A stretch of DNA of 63,767 nucleotides, filler included, from Octopus bimaculoides (GCF_001194135.2; 7 parts of 6 records of this genome joined end to end with filler, not necessarily neighbours in it); one strand, 5' to 3'; shown: positions 35,291 through 48,938, counted from the first letter of the whole stretch. Made by a program: numbers and translations. The notes: generated by a model from the sequence alone, not told the origin.

Positions 35291-38200
35291 TTCCCGTGTA
35301 GTGGTTATTGTTCTGAACTCTCAACCGCACGTTGGTAGTCGGCTGAATATGTAGGTAGATTCAGATACACCACACATCCTCCTAGTGGAGGACTATACTG
35401 CATATTCCGATGTACAGCGATCATTTGCATGAGATGTAGTGTGGTTGTCTGGACATAGGGCATATAGTGATCAACTATATGGAGTGTAGCGTTGGTGTCT
35501 GGACATACGTACGACATAGAATGGTTAGTTATACGATTGGAGCGTTGGTGTTTGGATATTAATTTTCTACACTATCCATTCTATTTCTATACGTCTATTA
35601 TTACTGTTGTTGTTGTTGCTAGATGGGATGCAGTGTTGGTCTCTAGTTTTTCGAAACATTTCAGTTAATACCATCCCATCTTTTTTGTTATTTGAAACTA
35701 CATTTATCAACATCTCCTTCCTTTTTAAGCTTGTAATGTATAAATTGAAGGAAATTTGGATGTTATTTATGGTAAGCCTAGTGGCCTCGTATACATTCTC
35801 TCATTGGTGGTCACATTACGCTGGAAACATTCGCTCTTGACCGCATGCTCACATATTCTGGCGGTCATCACACTAGAGCTAAGCAAAGTGAACTCTTGCG
35901 ATTCTAGAAACTCTCTCCCCAGGATAGCTGGCATATTTTTTTCATTATTTTGCTAAATTGTTTTCTTGTTATCTAAATTGGCATATCCATTATCAACTAA
36001 CATTATCACGAAACGAAGGAAATCACTAAACCTACTAGAAGTAGCCGCCACATCTCTCAAATTACTCACTACTGTCTTTGATAAGGGAAGCCACAGCTGT
36101 TTGACAAAGGCTCACTGATAAAAATTCCAAAACCTGTAGCCCGTAGACATGCCGTTTCTTCTCTTTGTGACTTGTACTGCAACTACAATGACGTCTACTC
36201 CTAAAAAGCTGCAACTTATTTATGTCAGCCCCACCCCTTTTAAACCCGTTCGTCTCACCCATTTCTCTCCTCGTTTTTAGCCTCACTCTTCTCTGAAGTA
36301 CCTTTTATGCTCCCGATTGTCCAACAAGTATCATCTTACAGAAGTTAAAGCTAGAAATTAACAATATCAATCTCACTAACCTGAGGGAGATAATACAAAG
36401 ATCCAAATTCCCGCACCTCTTCCCCCTTCTCCTCGTCCTCCTTTTAGCAACTAATACGAAACCAATGTGAGAGATTCTATATGAACGCTCGACCATCAAA
36501 GATAATAAAGCCAGTGGTCAATGAGTGTTTGCCAGTGTCCCTTATTATAGTCAATGGCAAAAAAAAAAAAAGAAAACAGGAAGAATGCAGTGGCCAATGT
36601 AGTCCTAACCGTGTAAAAATATTGGATAGACATGACTAATCATAGTCCAAATTACACCCTCGCAGTCTTAAAGAATGCATTTGAGTTCCGTGCACATATC
36701 AAAGAAGACAAGATGATCATGGCTGGACGGTATTTGATCATCGTAGGTTTACTCAATCATGACTGACCTGGTGTTTAACAACAAAAACAACAAGAAAGTG
36801 TCCGATATCAATTTACTTCTTGGGCCCCTTTTCTCAAGTTTTTCATACGTAGTGTAGGAAATGTCGTCATAAGTAAGCAGAATATACGACCATCAACACA
36901 CAGGAGATAAAATGGTGATATATAATATGTAGCTGTCAGAGTTACAAAATAACTATTCTGCCTGAAGGAATCATTAACGTTCTGTCGCTACTTAAATTCA
37001 TGTACAAGTTAGGAGTCAGTAACAAGATTTCCTTCCTGGATATTTAATACCCATGCGCGCAAAAGCATTAATCTACCACACAATTCTGTTTACTTTAAAA
37101 TCAAAAGTGACTGTTTTCATAACTTCAAGAATATCGTCATAAAATCGCTCTCACTCAGAGCTCACGCAACATATCCCAAATTGCACTTACTTGTTTCATG
37201 TTGATATTAATAGAATAAAGTAAATGGTAGTTGTTTTGTCCCAGATAAAGTTTGTCTTAGTAGATCAACATTAAAACATTTCATTTGTAACCATCCCGCC
37301 TATTTTTTTTACCCCAGACTGTGTCTCCAGGGCTACATTACCCAATTTCCTCTTTTCTAAGATTCCAAAAATTTGAGAGAAATTTGGCTGCTATTTCTAG
37401 TGGATCGATCAAACGACTACATAGAGGCTGTTTAGAAAGCAGAGTGAGAGAGAAGTTGTCGACAGAATTGGATGGGCTACTTTTTGTGGGAACAGGCCAC
37501 TCTATTTTGTGCTTTCATAGACTGAACTACATTCCCGTTGAGGAATGTAGATAGAAGCAAATAAGGGTTGGAGCTAACTCTAGAGAACCCTGTTTGAAGG
37601 TAACGGAAGGAACTTCGATAGGACTTTGTTGAATTCCAGAGATCTTAAAGAGATTTCGCACTTGGCGACTTTATCTATGGAAATAGATTGAAGAGGAATT
37701 TTGTGCGTACAATGTGGAATTGAAAGAAAAACCGAGCTGTAAATGAATTGATTTCCAAGAGGACTAGTTACAAAGTCATCTTAATTGATAAGTGGCGAAT
37801 ATGAAAATTGAACTACGTCAGTAAAGACCCTCTTACCAAGGAAATAGAACACCCGGCTGTAATTTGGTAGGGAAGACATGATTTGCGTAACTGATGGTCA
37901 TCTTGCCGGTCTGTGCGAACATGGATAAATGTTATGCAGTTGATGTTAGCTGTTTACTACCAATAAGTGTAGTAAGCACAAATATGGCTGAGAGGTTGGG
38001 AGGTTTGCGTTGCAAACACGTAGTAGTTCGATCCCACAGCACATCTCCTGAAACAAGTACGTCTTTTTGCCTTGGGTTGCCCACGGTTACAATGTTTCGA
38101 GTGGAAATCGACAATCAGAAATCGTGCAGAATCAAGTTGCGCATAGTCGAATGGTGAAAAGTAGAAATTTATGTACCTTAACATTACTAGGCTAGAGATG

Positions 38201-38559
38201 TCATTGTTGTTACTGCAATTAACCCAATGTCAACCCTGATTGTGTAGCCTTATGATCAAAAGCCTTTTAACCAACTGTAACCATCCAATGTACAAGGAAC
38301 CATAACCACGTTTCCTATTATGCTCTTTGTTGAGACAATTGGCTGTAATTTAAGGAACATTTTGCTACTATGTCTAGCGTGTCGTGTAAAGATCTGTAGG
38401 TGAAAATTTTCTTGAAAATATAATTTTAAAAATCAGACTAGAAAGAGATCATCATGGAACGGTAATCTGCTAAAATGTTTTTCAATTTAATGAGGTAAAT
38501 ATTCCTTATTAAAATGTACCTGTAGATTCGAACGTGAATATATTAATTGCTATTGTATT

Positions 38560-38852
38560 TCGCCTTCGGAGAAAATTTCTCCCTTCAGACGACATGTGTT
38601 GACAACACACTCGAGTAACTGACGTGACAAAGAGGCTTTGAGATACCGGTGTTTCTATCTAATTCTGCCTCTTCAGTCAAATCTCCTTTTGTATCTCTGA
38701 ACACAAACTATATTAATAGTTCTTGTTTACTAAATTCAGTAAACAAGTTATTTGCGGATGCCTGCTAATGTATACCAACTAATGTATACTAAATTATTGG
38801 GTATGCTGTCAACACACATGACCTGAAAGGGGAATTTGTTCACCGCAGGTGA
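38560..38852. repeat. Degenerate inverted-repeat element (arms 38560-38612 / 38799-38852) containing an HHR-like motif
   Basis: Arms are roughly 70% complementary by eye. Minus: TTTGA-CTGAAGA-GGCAGAATTAGATA-GAAA-CACCGGTA-TCTCAAA at 38637-38681. Confidence 0.45.
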
Positions 38853-39295
38853 AATATTCTCGTTTAAATTTACCGGAACGTGTTAAAAACGGGCATATAA
38901 ATCTTTGTTTTGATTCTCGATGTTTTACGTGTTCATGATAGATTTTCATTTTGTCAGCGGTTAATTAATATTTATTAATTAAGAGCTGTAAGATATATTC
39001 AAAACCAGTCGTTAATGACTATTTCTGAAATACCAGTTCTCAGTGAAGGAATAACAAGCCTTTTCTATTTGTTCTCTGTCATCAATTAAAATCCTCAAGA
39101 GTGAGTCCTATGGCCTGTAGCACCTCATTTTCACACAGCAAACTAATTAACCTTCTTTCCATTAACAGATAACGAGGAATGACAAATTCTCCAATTAGCG
39201 ACCTTTTATGTACTTAAAATATAATAAACAAATGCGTATGTACTTGTCACACAGAAATGCCCTGCATAGTTACACACAGGTATCATTAGAAAGCT

Positions 39296-39335
<40 letters not shown>

Positions 39336-39399
39336 GCATACACACATACACACACATGAAGATTATATACCTACATATATTACTTCGACGACTACTGCT

Positions 39400-39417
39400 A
39401 CTGCAACTACTAGTACT

Positions 39418-39493
<76 letters not shown>

Positions 39494-39495
39494 TT
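39400..39495. repeat. Compound trinucleotide microsatellite (ACT)/(AGC)n/(AGT)n
   Basis: Direct reading. Confidence 0.9.
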
Positions 39496-39709
39496 TGTAG
39501 TTGTTGTTGTTTATTTTAACGAACTGTATCGAGTAGTTAAGCCTACTTTTTTTTAAAGGTACGTAACTCAATACACTTAAAAACGAATATTATTTGCTGT
39601 AACGATTAATACCGACACACATGCACACATATGCATTCATACATGTGGTAGGGAATGCGCGAATGTATTTATGTATGCATGCTTATGCACACACATATAT
39701 ACACGCACG

Positions 39710-39741
<32 letters not shown>

Positions 39742-40322
39742 TTCACACACAAACACACACATATGTGCGTGTTCTCTTTCAACCTCAGCATGGTGTCGTT
39801 TGACTGTGCAGCAATATACAATCTTATGGGTCTATTTAAATTCTTGAAACAGTCAAAATGAAATTAACTGTAACATAATCTCCCATAGAGATAAACGGTT
39901 GCCTCTTTTCAGTTTCACCGATGTATTTACAAAAGACATTAATAACAGCTTCACTAATTTCGGCCTAAATTTAATTATTTATCACTAACCTTTAAACTGT
40001 CAATTTCTTAGATGTTACTCTCAGTCTAATCACAGACAGATACAAATCATATAATAAACCTAATGAAAAAAAAGTCACAATTATATCAATATAGAATACT
40101 GCGATCCACGAACAGTTTTTCAAAAATCTGAATAATAATATCAGTTAAAGAATCTCCAACAATCCATCAAATACAGCAATTGTCAATACTATGCCCCATT
40201 ACCACAAAAATTATCAGAATCTAGTAAGTTTAAAGATAGGATCACGTATATCTACAGTCCTGGGTTGCAGTTGTTCTAATGTTAAGGAAAAGTGAATAAC
40301 AAGTAAGCTGCATTTGCTTTTA

Positions 40323-41496
40323 GGGTCATCCGGAAAATTCTGAGAAATTTCGGAAGTTGTTTCTTTGAACGCACCATATAACAATGTAATGACGGTACGA
40401 ATATGTTGGCTTCACTTCCAGCGTGGTTACTGCCAGTTACGTCTCACACCAAAAGTCAATACATCTCATATTTTTTTCAGTCCTTATCAAAGTCATAAAT
40501 GTTTAACCAAAAGTTACATTTTCGGCACGTAACGCTTTCCGTCTTAAAAGGAATGGTGAACACGTTGCAGAAATGTGTAAAACCATTTGTGAAATGTATG
40601 GCGAAGGTTCTGAGGGTAAACCAACGGTTTTGAGATAGTTTGCAAAATTCAATTGCGTGGATTTCTGTTTACAAGACGTAGGCCTCTCTGGATGACCTTC
40701 ACAGTTGTAAGACGATTTTTTGAAGGTAATCATTGAAGCCGATCCCAAAATCATGATTTAGTGAAACTTGGGTTCATTTGCTGCTATGATGTATGGGACC
40801 CTCATAACCTGGAAGAAAACTGCATCAACTGGTATTCTATGTGCGATATGCTTATAAAACACACTCTAACCGAACTTTTTCAAATGATGGGTGATTGGGA
40901 ATGAAAAATAGATTGTTTAGATAACATAACGCGGAATTGATCCCGGGGTTTGCGTGAAGATACCCCAAAACATCTACCAAACAGAATATCAACGCAAAAT
41001 GTTATACTTTGTTTCTGGTGGGATTTCAAACCATCAATTCTGAGGTGTACTGCCACCAGCTTGAGAAACTGAGTTTAAAATGTCACCAGATGAGACCAGA
41101 ACAAGCCAACTGGAAAGGTGCTGTGTTCCAACAAGAGAACGCCAGAGTTAATGATTCTCTGACTACCCGTACAATGCTGCATGACATTGGGTGGGATCTC
41201 TTACCATAGCGTCCTGGCATTGCACCACCTAACTGTCATTTGCTTCCGTCCCTGTAAAATTCCTTGGACAGAAAAATCATCCAATGATTTAGATACAGTG
41301 CAAAACCACATTGATATTTTGTTTTCCGCCAAGACAGCACAGTTCCCTGCGGTTAGAATTTTGATTCTGTTGAATGAATAGACTAAAGTCATTATCAAAA
41401 TTAATGGGTAACTTTGTTGAATAAAAATGATTCTAATGCAAATAAATTTGTTTTATTTCCTTCCTTCAGAACCACTCAAAACCTTTCCGGGTAACC
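40323..41496 (+). mobile_element. Decayed mariner (DD34D-type) transposon
   Basis: Ends tagggtcatccggaaa / tttccgggtaaccta. NGEHVAEMCKTICEMYGEG...FAKF...DDFLKVIIEADPK (HTH); RPEQANWKGAVFQQENAR...LTTRTMLHDIGWDLLP (catalytic region). Many stops. Confidence 0.75.
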
Positions 41497-41890
41497 TACT
41501 ACAAATGTTTGTCCTAATCAGTCATGCAATTATGACGCTATTATCTACGAAACAATGTCAATTCCATCTAAATAAATGCTATGTAGGTATAGCAGAATAT
41601 AGATTTAACGAACTTCTTCACTACATTTGAAACTACAGGATCAACTGGAAATTTTTCTAAAGAGAAATTGAACTGTTGTGTGATGCACATCTGAAAACAA
41701 CATCGTATGTCATATTGGAGACCTTTGCCAGATGCCGTCACTTCGTTAAGTATCTACTGAAAAACTTGAAAATTGTATCACCATCTGACTGAACACATTA
41801 ATACTTAACTATTTATGGGAGTATTCATATCTGTTTTTCCCATCGTCTACATTATGGAATGATTGCCGTGACTATGTTTGTGGTCGTATG

Positions 41891-41947
<57 letters not shown>

Positions 41948-42376
41948 ATATACACAATGGGCTTTCCTACAGTTACTTCCCATCGAATTCTACTCAGAAG
42001 GCATAAGACAATTGGTGTGTACAGTTGAATATTCTTGCCTAAGTTAGGCACACTGTCATCAAATTGGAAACCACACGGCCGCAAAACTTCTTTGCCACAC
42101 AACTACACACACAAAAATTCTTGAACAAAGTNNNNNNNNNNNNNNNNNNNNNNNNNNNNNNNNNNNNNNNNNNNNNNNNNNNNNNNNNNNNNNNNNNNNN
42201 NNNNNNNNNNNNNNNNNNNNNNNNNNNNNNNNNNNNNNNNNNNNNNNNNNNNNNNNNNNNNNNNNNNNNNNNNNNNNNNNNNNNNNNNNNNNNNNNNNNN
42301 NNNNNNNNNNNNNNNNNNNNNNNNNNNNNNTATATATATATATATATATATACATACATACATACATATATACTTG

Positions 42377-42417
<41 letters not shown>

Positions 42418-42699
42418 TTGTATATAAATACTTATACACACACACAGTATATGATTTCTCCAACAGAGGACTCAGCTATCACAATGCATGCCCCACCAAT
42501 AGATTTCTTACTTCAGAAATCAAGTTCTTTTAAGAACTTTATAAGTACATACACTAAGCTTTACAATTTCGGATTTCTTAATAAATATATTATTCTGCTA
42601 ACAACTTCACTTGTCATCTCATTCGTCTATTCGCACGTTAACATACCATCCACATGGGATAAAAGATAATTTAAAATTCATTGAATACTTATGAATACG

Positions 42700-42739
<40 letters not shown>

Positions 42740-42778
42740 AGTATATATATGCAGTCACGTATATGCAAACATCAATTC

Positions 42779-42821
<43 letters not shown>

Positions 42822-42956
42822 CGTGCGTGTGCATTGTGTTCATACATATACATCTCTTTCATACGCACATAAACGCACGCACGCATATGCATGCACACAC
42901 GCACAGACACATACATGTGTCTCTCTGTATGTATTCTTGTATTCTTGTGTTTGTTT

Positions 42957-43061
<105 letters not shown>

Positions 43062-43244
43062 TGTGCCAGTACATTCATGCGAGTCTGAATGTGTAATATA
43101 TGTATCTTTGCAAGTAGGTATTTAAGTGTCTACATCAAAGCAATATGAACAATTTTCATCCCTTATTGACACTATATCGTGTTCTGTTGTAGCACAACAT
43201 TACATGTTACATAATAGCAATGTCTATTTTCTTATGCTGCACCT

Positions 43245-43275
43245 ACTACTACTACTACTACTACTACTACTGCTG

Positions 43276-43327
<52 letters not shown>

Positions 43328-43345
43328 CACTACCACTACTACTAC
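43245..43345. repeat. (ACT)n microsatellite
   Basis: Direct reading. Confidence 0.95.
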
Positions 43346-43562
43346 CGGCAGGTTAACATTTTTAAGCACACTGCTTCTGCCATTTCAGAGAACAGACATG
43401 TATCTCTCGTATTTATGGGATATCCCACACACTCGTTCAAGCACACAGAAACGCACATACATTTACATACATATATAAATGTGTTATATGTGTGTATATG
43501 TGTGTGTTGTGTGTGTGTGAGGGTGCGTGTACATCTGTACATATACGTATGTGTATAAGCAT

Positions 43563-43600
<38 letters not shown>

Positions 43601-43722
43601 CTTTCACATCTACGTCACGAGCGCTATACACATCCGTATACTTATATATCTATGTCTCTGCTTATGTCTATTTATCTATATAGGTGTACATCTATACATC
43701 CATATGCCTGTANNNNNNNNNN

Positions 43723-43858
43723 TTATTCGGTAGCCATGATAAAACTCCGAGTTTCGGATACCGGGGTGGGAACCCACGCCAACATCTCTTCAGTTATCCA
43801 GCCATTGAAACTCGGAGTTTTATCGTGGCTACCGAATAAGTGTCACATATTTTTACAG
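43723..43858. mobile_element. Short fold-back element of the PLE-3 pLTR family
   Basis: 33-bp arms 43723-43755 / 43807-43839 with 1 mismatch. The right arm continues gtgtcacatatttttaca, matching the PLE-3 3' end ttgtcccatgttatattaca. Confidence 0.85.
43738..43798 (-). ncRNA. Type I hammerhead ribozyme (long stem II family)
   Basis: Minus: GATAA-CTGAAGA-GATGTTGGCGTGGGTTCCCACCCCGGTATCC-GAAA-CTCGGAGTT-TTATC. Predicted cleavage between 43743 and 43742. Confidence 0.8.
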
Positions 43859-43955
43859 ATAAATTCCTCTATTGACATAATATCGAAGTCTCTTTTGTTG
43901 TCCTTCCTATCAATATATATATACATAGACACATACGTACGGATAGAGAAAAGAA

Positions 43956-43995
<40 letters not shown>

Positions 43996-44559
43996 GATAG
44001 GATAGAATGATGGATGACTGGATGGATGGATGGATGGATTAATGCATGCATGGATGAATGGATGGACAGATAAAGAAAGAGGGAAAGAGAGAGGGAGAGA
44101 GTTATATATGTACATCTATACATGTATATATCTATATATCTATACACTTCTATATCTAAACATCTATATATTTGTACATATATATCAATATTTATCTGTG
44201 TATATATATATNNNNNNNNNNNNNNNNNNNNNNNNNNNNNNNNNNNNNNNNNNNNTTAATTAATTAANNNNNNNNNNNNNNNNNNNNNNNNNNNNNNNNN
44301 NNNNNNNNNNNTTATGGGCCGAAATAGCTTGTGGTGTGATGGAGGAAAAAGACAACAAGAAGCAAAAGGACAGAATGAAACGTTGGAGTACACAATCGCT
44401 CCTGATCAAAACACGTCTTTCTCGTAACCTCGCTGTTTTCTCACTGACGCACGTGCTAGCCTTCGACCGCGTGTGGCCCGACTTCCGGTCTGGCTTCACT
44501 TCTGTTTGCCTCATCCCTCTCCACCAACAACACACAGCTCATCACAGCCCATAACACCA

Positions 44560-46415
44560 CACGCCAAGATGTTAGCCAAGAGGTTGGCACTTGCTGTGGA
44601 CAAGCTGGTTGGCGAGGCGCAAACATGCACCATTCCAACCAGGACTATTCACAACCTCCACTTCATGTGCTACATCATAGAGAGAGTGAGTAATGAAGAT
44701 GGCATGGGTGGGGCCCTCAACAATTTAGATCAATCTTTGATAGGGTCAACCATCAATACTTGGCAGCTGTCCTCAATGCAGCCGGGTTCGGTCCGGTTTT
44801 CCATGGTTAGATCGCTGCTTTGTACAGCGGCATCTGCTCGTTTGTTCAGGTGAATGCTCACCTGTCGGACCCATTCAGCATCTTGCGCTTGGTCCTCCCT
44901 TCTGTATGTACTGACTCCTGAGTCACAACCATGTCCCGCATGATCTAGGATATGGAAGAAGTATGTCTGCTTACACCGACAATGTTATCGTGATAGCATC
45001 GAGTCACAGGAATATAGACCTGGTTGGCAACACACTACAAGAATATAAAGCGGTGACAGGAGCAAAAATTGAAGCAGTAAAGTCCGTGGGCTTGCAACTC
45101 GGCACCTGGAGAGGCAAGTCCATGCCGTCCAACAGCATTGTGGGGTGCTGGACAGACAGTCCAGTTAAGTTGCTCGGAGTCTGGTTTGGTCCAGACCTCA
45201 AGGTGGAGCAAAACTGGAATGAGGTGAGGAGCAGGGTAGTGAAGCTCACCCAGAAATGGGCCAAAAGAAGCTGTCCCTCTAAGGTCGAGCCAAGGTGGCG
45301 AATGCGTACATCACATCCATCATCTATTACTACTCGACTGTCGTCCCTTGTCCTGTTTGCTAGTTGACCAAGCTGGTGTGCTTACTCTTCTGCATTCTGT
45401 GGAAGGGGCACATTCCAGTGGTCAGGTGCTCTATCTGTTGTCAATAGCTGCTGAATGGAGGGCTGGGCATGCCATGGTTATTGATGCACAGATGTGCACT
45501 GAGGTTGCGGCATCTCCGGCATTTTCTTGATGGTGAGCTGGTGTGGTCACCATTTGTCAGGCACACTTTTCCACAGCTCATCTCTTTAACTGAGCTGCAA
45601 TCCTGGATTAGACATAGACCGAGGAGGGGTGTTGGCACCTTGAGGAGCGATGCAGTCGGTGGTAGTTCCACTCTAGTGTTCTATAGAGGGCTAGTTCTTG
45701 GAGAACTTTGGGCATCGATGAAGATCAACTAACTGGTCTGTTTCAGAGAACTTTCAGGCCTGGGTCTATGGATAACTTCCAGAAATCCCTTGTCTGCCAG
45801 TGCTACCAACGGGTGCTGCCTGTTCAAGATAAACCTGAGTACTGCTGACCTGTGAGTTTATGTTGAACACCAGCTGTCGCATGTGGGATGGATCCGGCTA
45901 TCAGCTGAATCCATTGTGAAGATTGCTCCACCACCCTTTTTTGCTGGGAAGGGCAGGCAATTTTTATTTGTCTGGTGGCTGTAGCAAAAGAGGTAGTATG
46001 ATGGACTCATTTGAAAGGGCTAAAGACAGACACTTTCCTCTTTGGCCAAGCCCTCATCAACTTTTTCAAGTCTCACTTGAAAAGGAAGATGAGGGTGGAA
46101 AGGGAAGTGTTGCCTTGTAGCAAGTTTGTTGAAAGGTGGGTGAATGTTGGAAGAATGGCTCGTGTGAAAGGACCAATTTTGCACGTGCACCTGTAAAAAG
46201 GGAATCAAAGGAGAAGGGCTCTTTTGTGGGTTTTTCCACAAGGACCTTAAAGCACCTCCCCTGTTGAGAGTTTTAATTTGTTCAATTTTGATTGTTGTTT
46301 ATATTGTTTACACGCAGAAAACCCATTATATTGTCCTGTTTTTGTCTTTTTTGTTGTCACATGTCATTTAATGTTATTTTATGCGAGCCCTTGTGGCTAA
46401 TAAAAGAATAAATTA
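44560..46415 (+). mobile_element. Tx1/L1-clade LINE, decayed ORF2 RT to 3' end
   Basis: AKMLAKRLALAVDKLVGEAQTCTIPTRTIHNLH...GALNNLDQS/FDRVNHQYL; MSAYTDNV (YADD-like); KLLGVWFGPDLKVEQNW. Ends aataaaagaataaa followed by (ATT)n. Confidence 0.85.
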
Positions 46416-46458
46416 TCATTATTACTATTATTATTATCATTATTATTTTTTTTTTTTA

Positions 46459-46665
46459 TGTGGTGAGCTGGTAGAATAGTTAGAACACCTGGAAAAATGC
46501 TTAGCAGCATTTTTGCCATCTTTATGTTCTGAGTTCAAATTCCATCGAGGCCCACTTTGCCTTTCATCCTTTTTGGGTTGATAAAATAAGTACCAGTCGG
46601 ACACTGGAGTCAATGTGATCGACCTATTCCTCTCTTGAAATTGCTGGCCTTGTGCCAAAATATGA
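46459..46665 (+). mobile_element. SINE A
   Basis: ggtgagctggtagaatagttag...gagttcaaattccatcgagg...tttgcctttcatcc...aagtaccag. Confidence 0.75.
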
Positions 46666-47032
46666 AACCAATACAGTCAGTGGTTATTTTAAAAAAGATG
46701 GGATTCTGGTGACGTTAGGATGGAAATGATCTGACACTGATCAATGACTGTTGTGAACAGCACAACGAATGCTGTGTGTTATTACTTGACCTCCTAGAAA
46801 TATTACAGTGAAAAGAAAGACAGTCATGGCTGGAATGCTGATGATCATGGCAGTATAAGATTAAATAACTCCAACCACCATCACTTCAACCACCACTGCA
46901 ATCACCACCACCACCATTACTATCACTACAGCTACTACCATTACCACCACCACCACTATCAATCACTACTACCACATCCCTGTCATTCATATACACATGC
47001 ACATTTACATTTATGTGTACATACAGTATATA

Positions 47033-48247
47033 CAGGGGTTGGACAAAACAATGCAAACAACTCACATCATAGCATTATAATTTTGAAATATCTATAACAC
47101 CAATTTGCTAAAATTTCTGTTTCTTTTCAGATATCATCAGAAAAAGGTAATTAAAATTCATTGAAATGACAGATCTACTGGACTTTCAAAGAGGTCAAAT
47201 TGTTGGTGCTCGTATGGCAGGTGCTAACATAATGAAAACAGCCAAAATATTTGGTGTATCAAGAAGTACTGTCTCGTAAGTAATGACAGCCTTTGAGAAA
47301 GAGGGAAAAACCTCCTTGTCAAAACAAAACTCCGGAAGAAAACCAAACCTTTCATATAGGGACCTTCGGACTCTTATGCAAATTGTTAGAAAGGATCACA
47401 AAAGTACAGCTCCCAAAATTACTGAAGAGCTTAATGACCACCTCGAGAACCCAGTTTCCACAAAAACTGTTTGCTAGGAGCTGCAGAAAGCCGGATTTCA
47501 TGGGAGGGCTGCCATGAGAAAATCTCTACTTTCAAAAACAAACGTCACAAAGCATTTAGAGTGGAGTAAAAACCTACAGAATTGGTTCCAAGAGCAGTGG
47601 AAAATTGTTATTTTCTTGGATGAGTCATCCTTTACCTTATTTCCAACCACCGGCCGAGTATACGTGTGGAGACAGCGAAAAGAACCATTTAACCCAGACT
47701 GCCTTCTTCCAACTGTTAAACATGGAGGAGGATCTGTGATGATCTGGGGGTGCTATATCTTGGAAATCCACCAGCCCAATGGTTTCCCTTCATGGCAGAA
47801 TTAATAGTCAAGACTAATTAAGCATTTTATCTGATCAAATTTATCCTATGGTTGCAGAACTGTTTCCAAATGGAAACACAATCTTCCAGGATGATAATGC
47901 ACCAATTCACACAACTAAAGTTGTTACTGAATGGCACGAGGAACATTCTAGTGAAGTTGAACATAATATCTGGCCACCACAGTCCCTAGATCTCAATATT
48001 ATTGGACATTTATGGTGCATTTTAGAAAAACAAGTAAGGAGTCAATATCCTACACCATCATCACTACAAGAACTGGAGACTGTTTTAGCTGAAGAATGGG
48101 CAAAAATTCCTTTGGAAACAATTCCAACTTTGTATGAGTCCATACCTCATAGAATTCAAGCTGAAATTACTGCCAAAGGCAGTCCTACCCCATATTAAAA
48201 TAAATTTGTTTGAAATTTTAAGGTGTTTCCATTATTTTGTCCAACCC

Positions 48248-48250
<3 letters not shown>
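47033..48250 (+). mobile_element. Near full-length Tc1 transposon (~1.22 kb)
   Basis: TIRs caggggttggacaaaacaatgcaaacaac / ggtgtttccattattttgtccaacccctg; left TA flank. Confidence 0.95.
47166..48198 (+). pseudogene. Tc1 DD34E transposase pseudogene
   Basis: MTDLLDFQRGQIVGARMAG...SGRKP...VIFLDESSF...TVKHGGGSVMIWG...IFQDDNAPIH...WPPQSLDLNIIGHLW. Three in-frame stops, one frameshift near 47750, and the catalytic E reads G. Confidence 0.92.
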
Positions 48251-48312
<62 letters not shown>

Positions 48313-48842
48313 TGCATATCCACCATGTAAACACAACCATCATCAGTTTAACTCCATTTTAACATGCTTGCATGGATTGAACCAGTCCTTCCTAGTACAG
48401 TTTCTCACTTCTTGTAACAGTCCATGTGTCATCTAATTCCTCTTGGATCGTTTGGCACTTCTTCACCCAACTGTCATCCTTTATATTCATCATAAGTCTT
48501 CACCACCACAGCTGATTCTTCTTAGACCTATTTTGCTTTATTTTTCTCTTTCACTTTATCTGCATTCTGTCCTTCATTTAAGCTAACATTACAAATTCAA
48601 CAGAGCATGTTCTTTCTAGCCTTCACCTATTATTTACATTCAGTCGCCATTATTTTTTATCATTGGCCAATATCACACTTCATACTTAATTCTCTAATTG
48701 AGGAGGGAACTTGTGAAAGAGGTAGACTCAGGAAAACGTGGAATAAGGTGGTGAATTAGTCAAAGAAAAAAAATATATATATATATATATATATATATAG
48801 CAATGTTAATTCTCTAAATGAAGTATTAACAGTAACTGCACG

Positions 48843-48938
48843 ATAAAGTGTAGTATATTGCCACTTAAGTGTGGCTGACCCAACAGTAACATCCACCCCT
48901 AGGGGTCAGCCACACTTAAGTGGCAATATACTACACTT

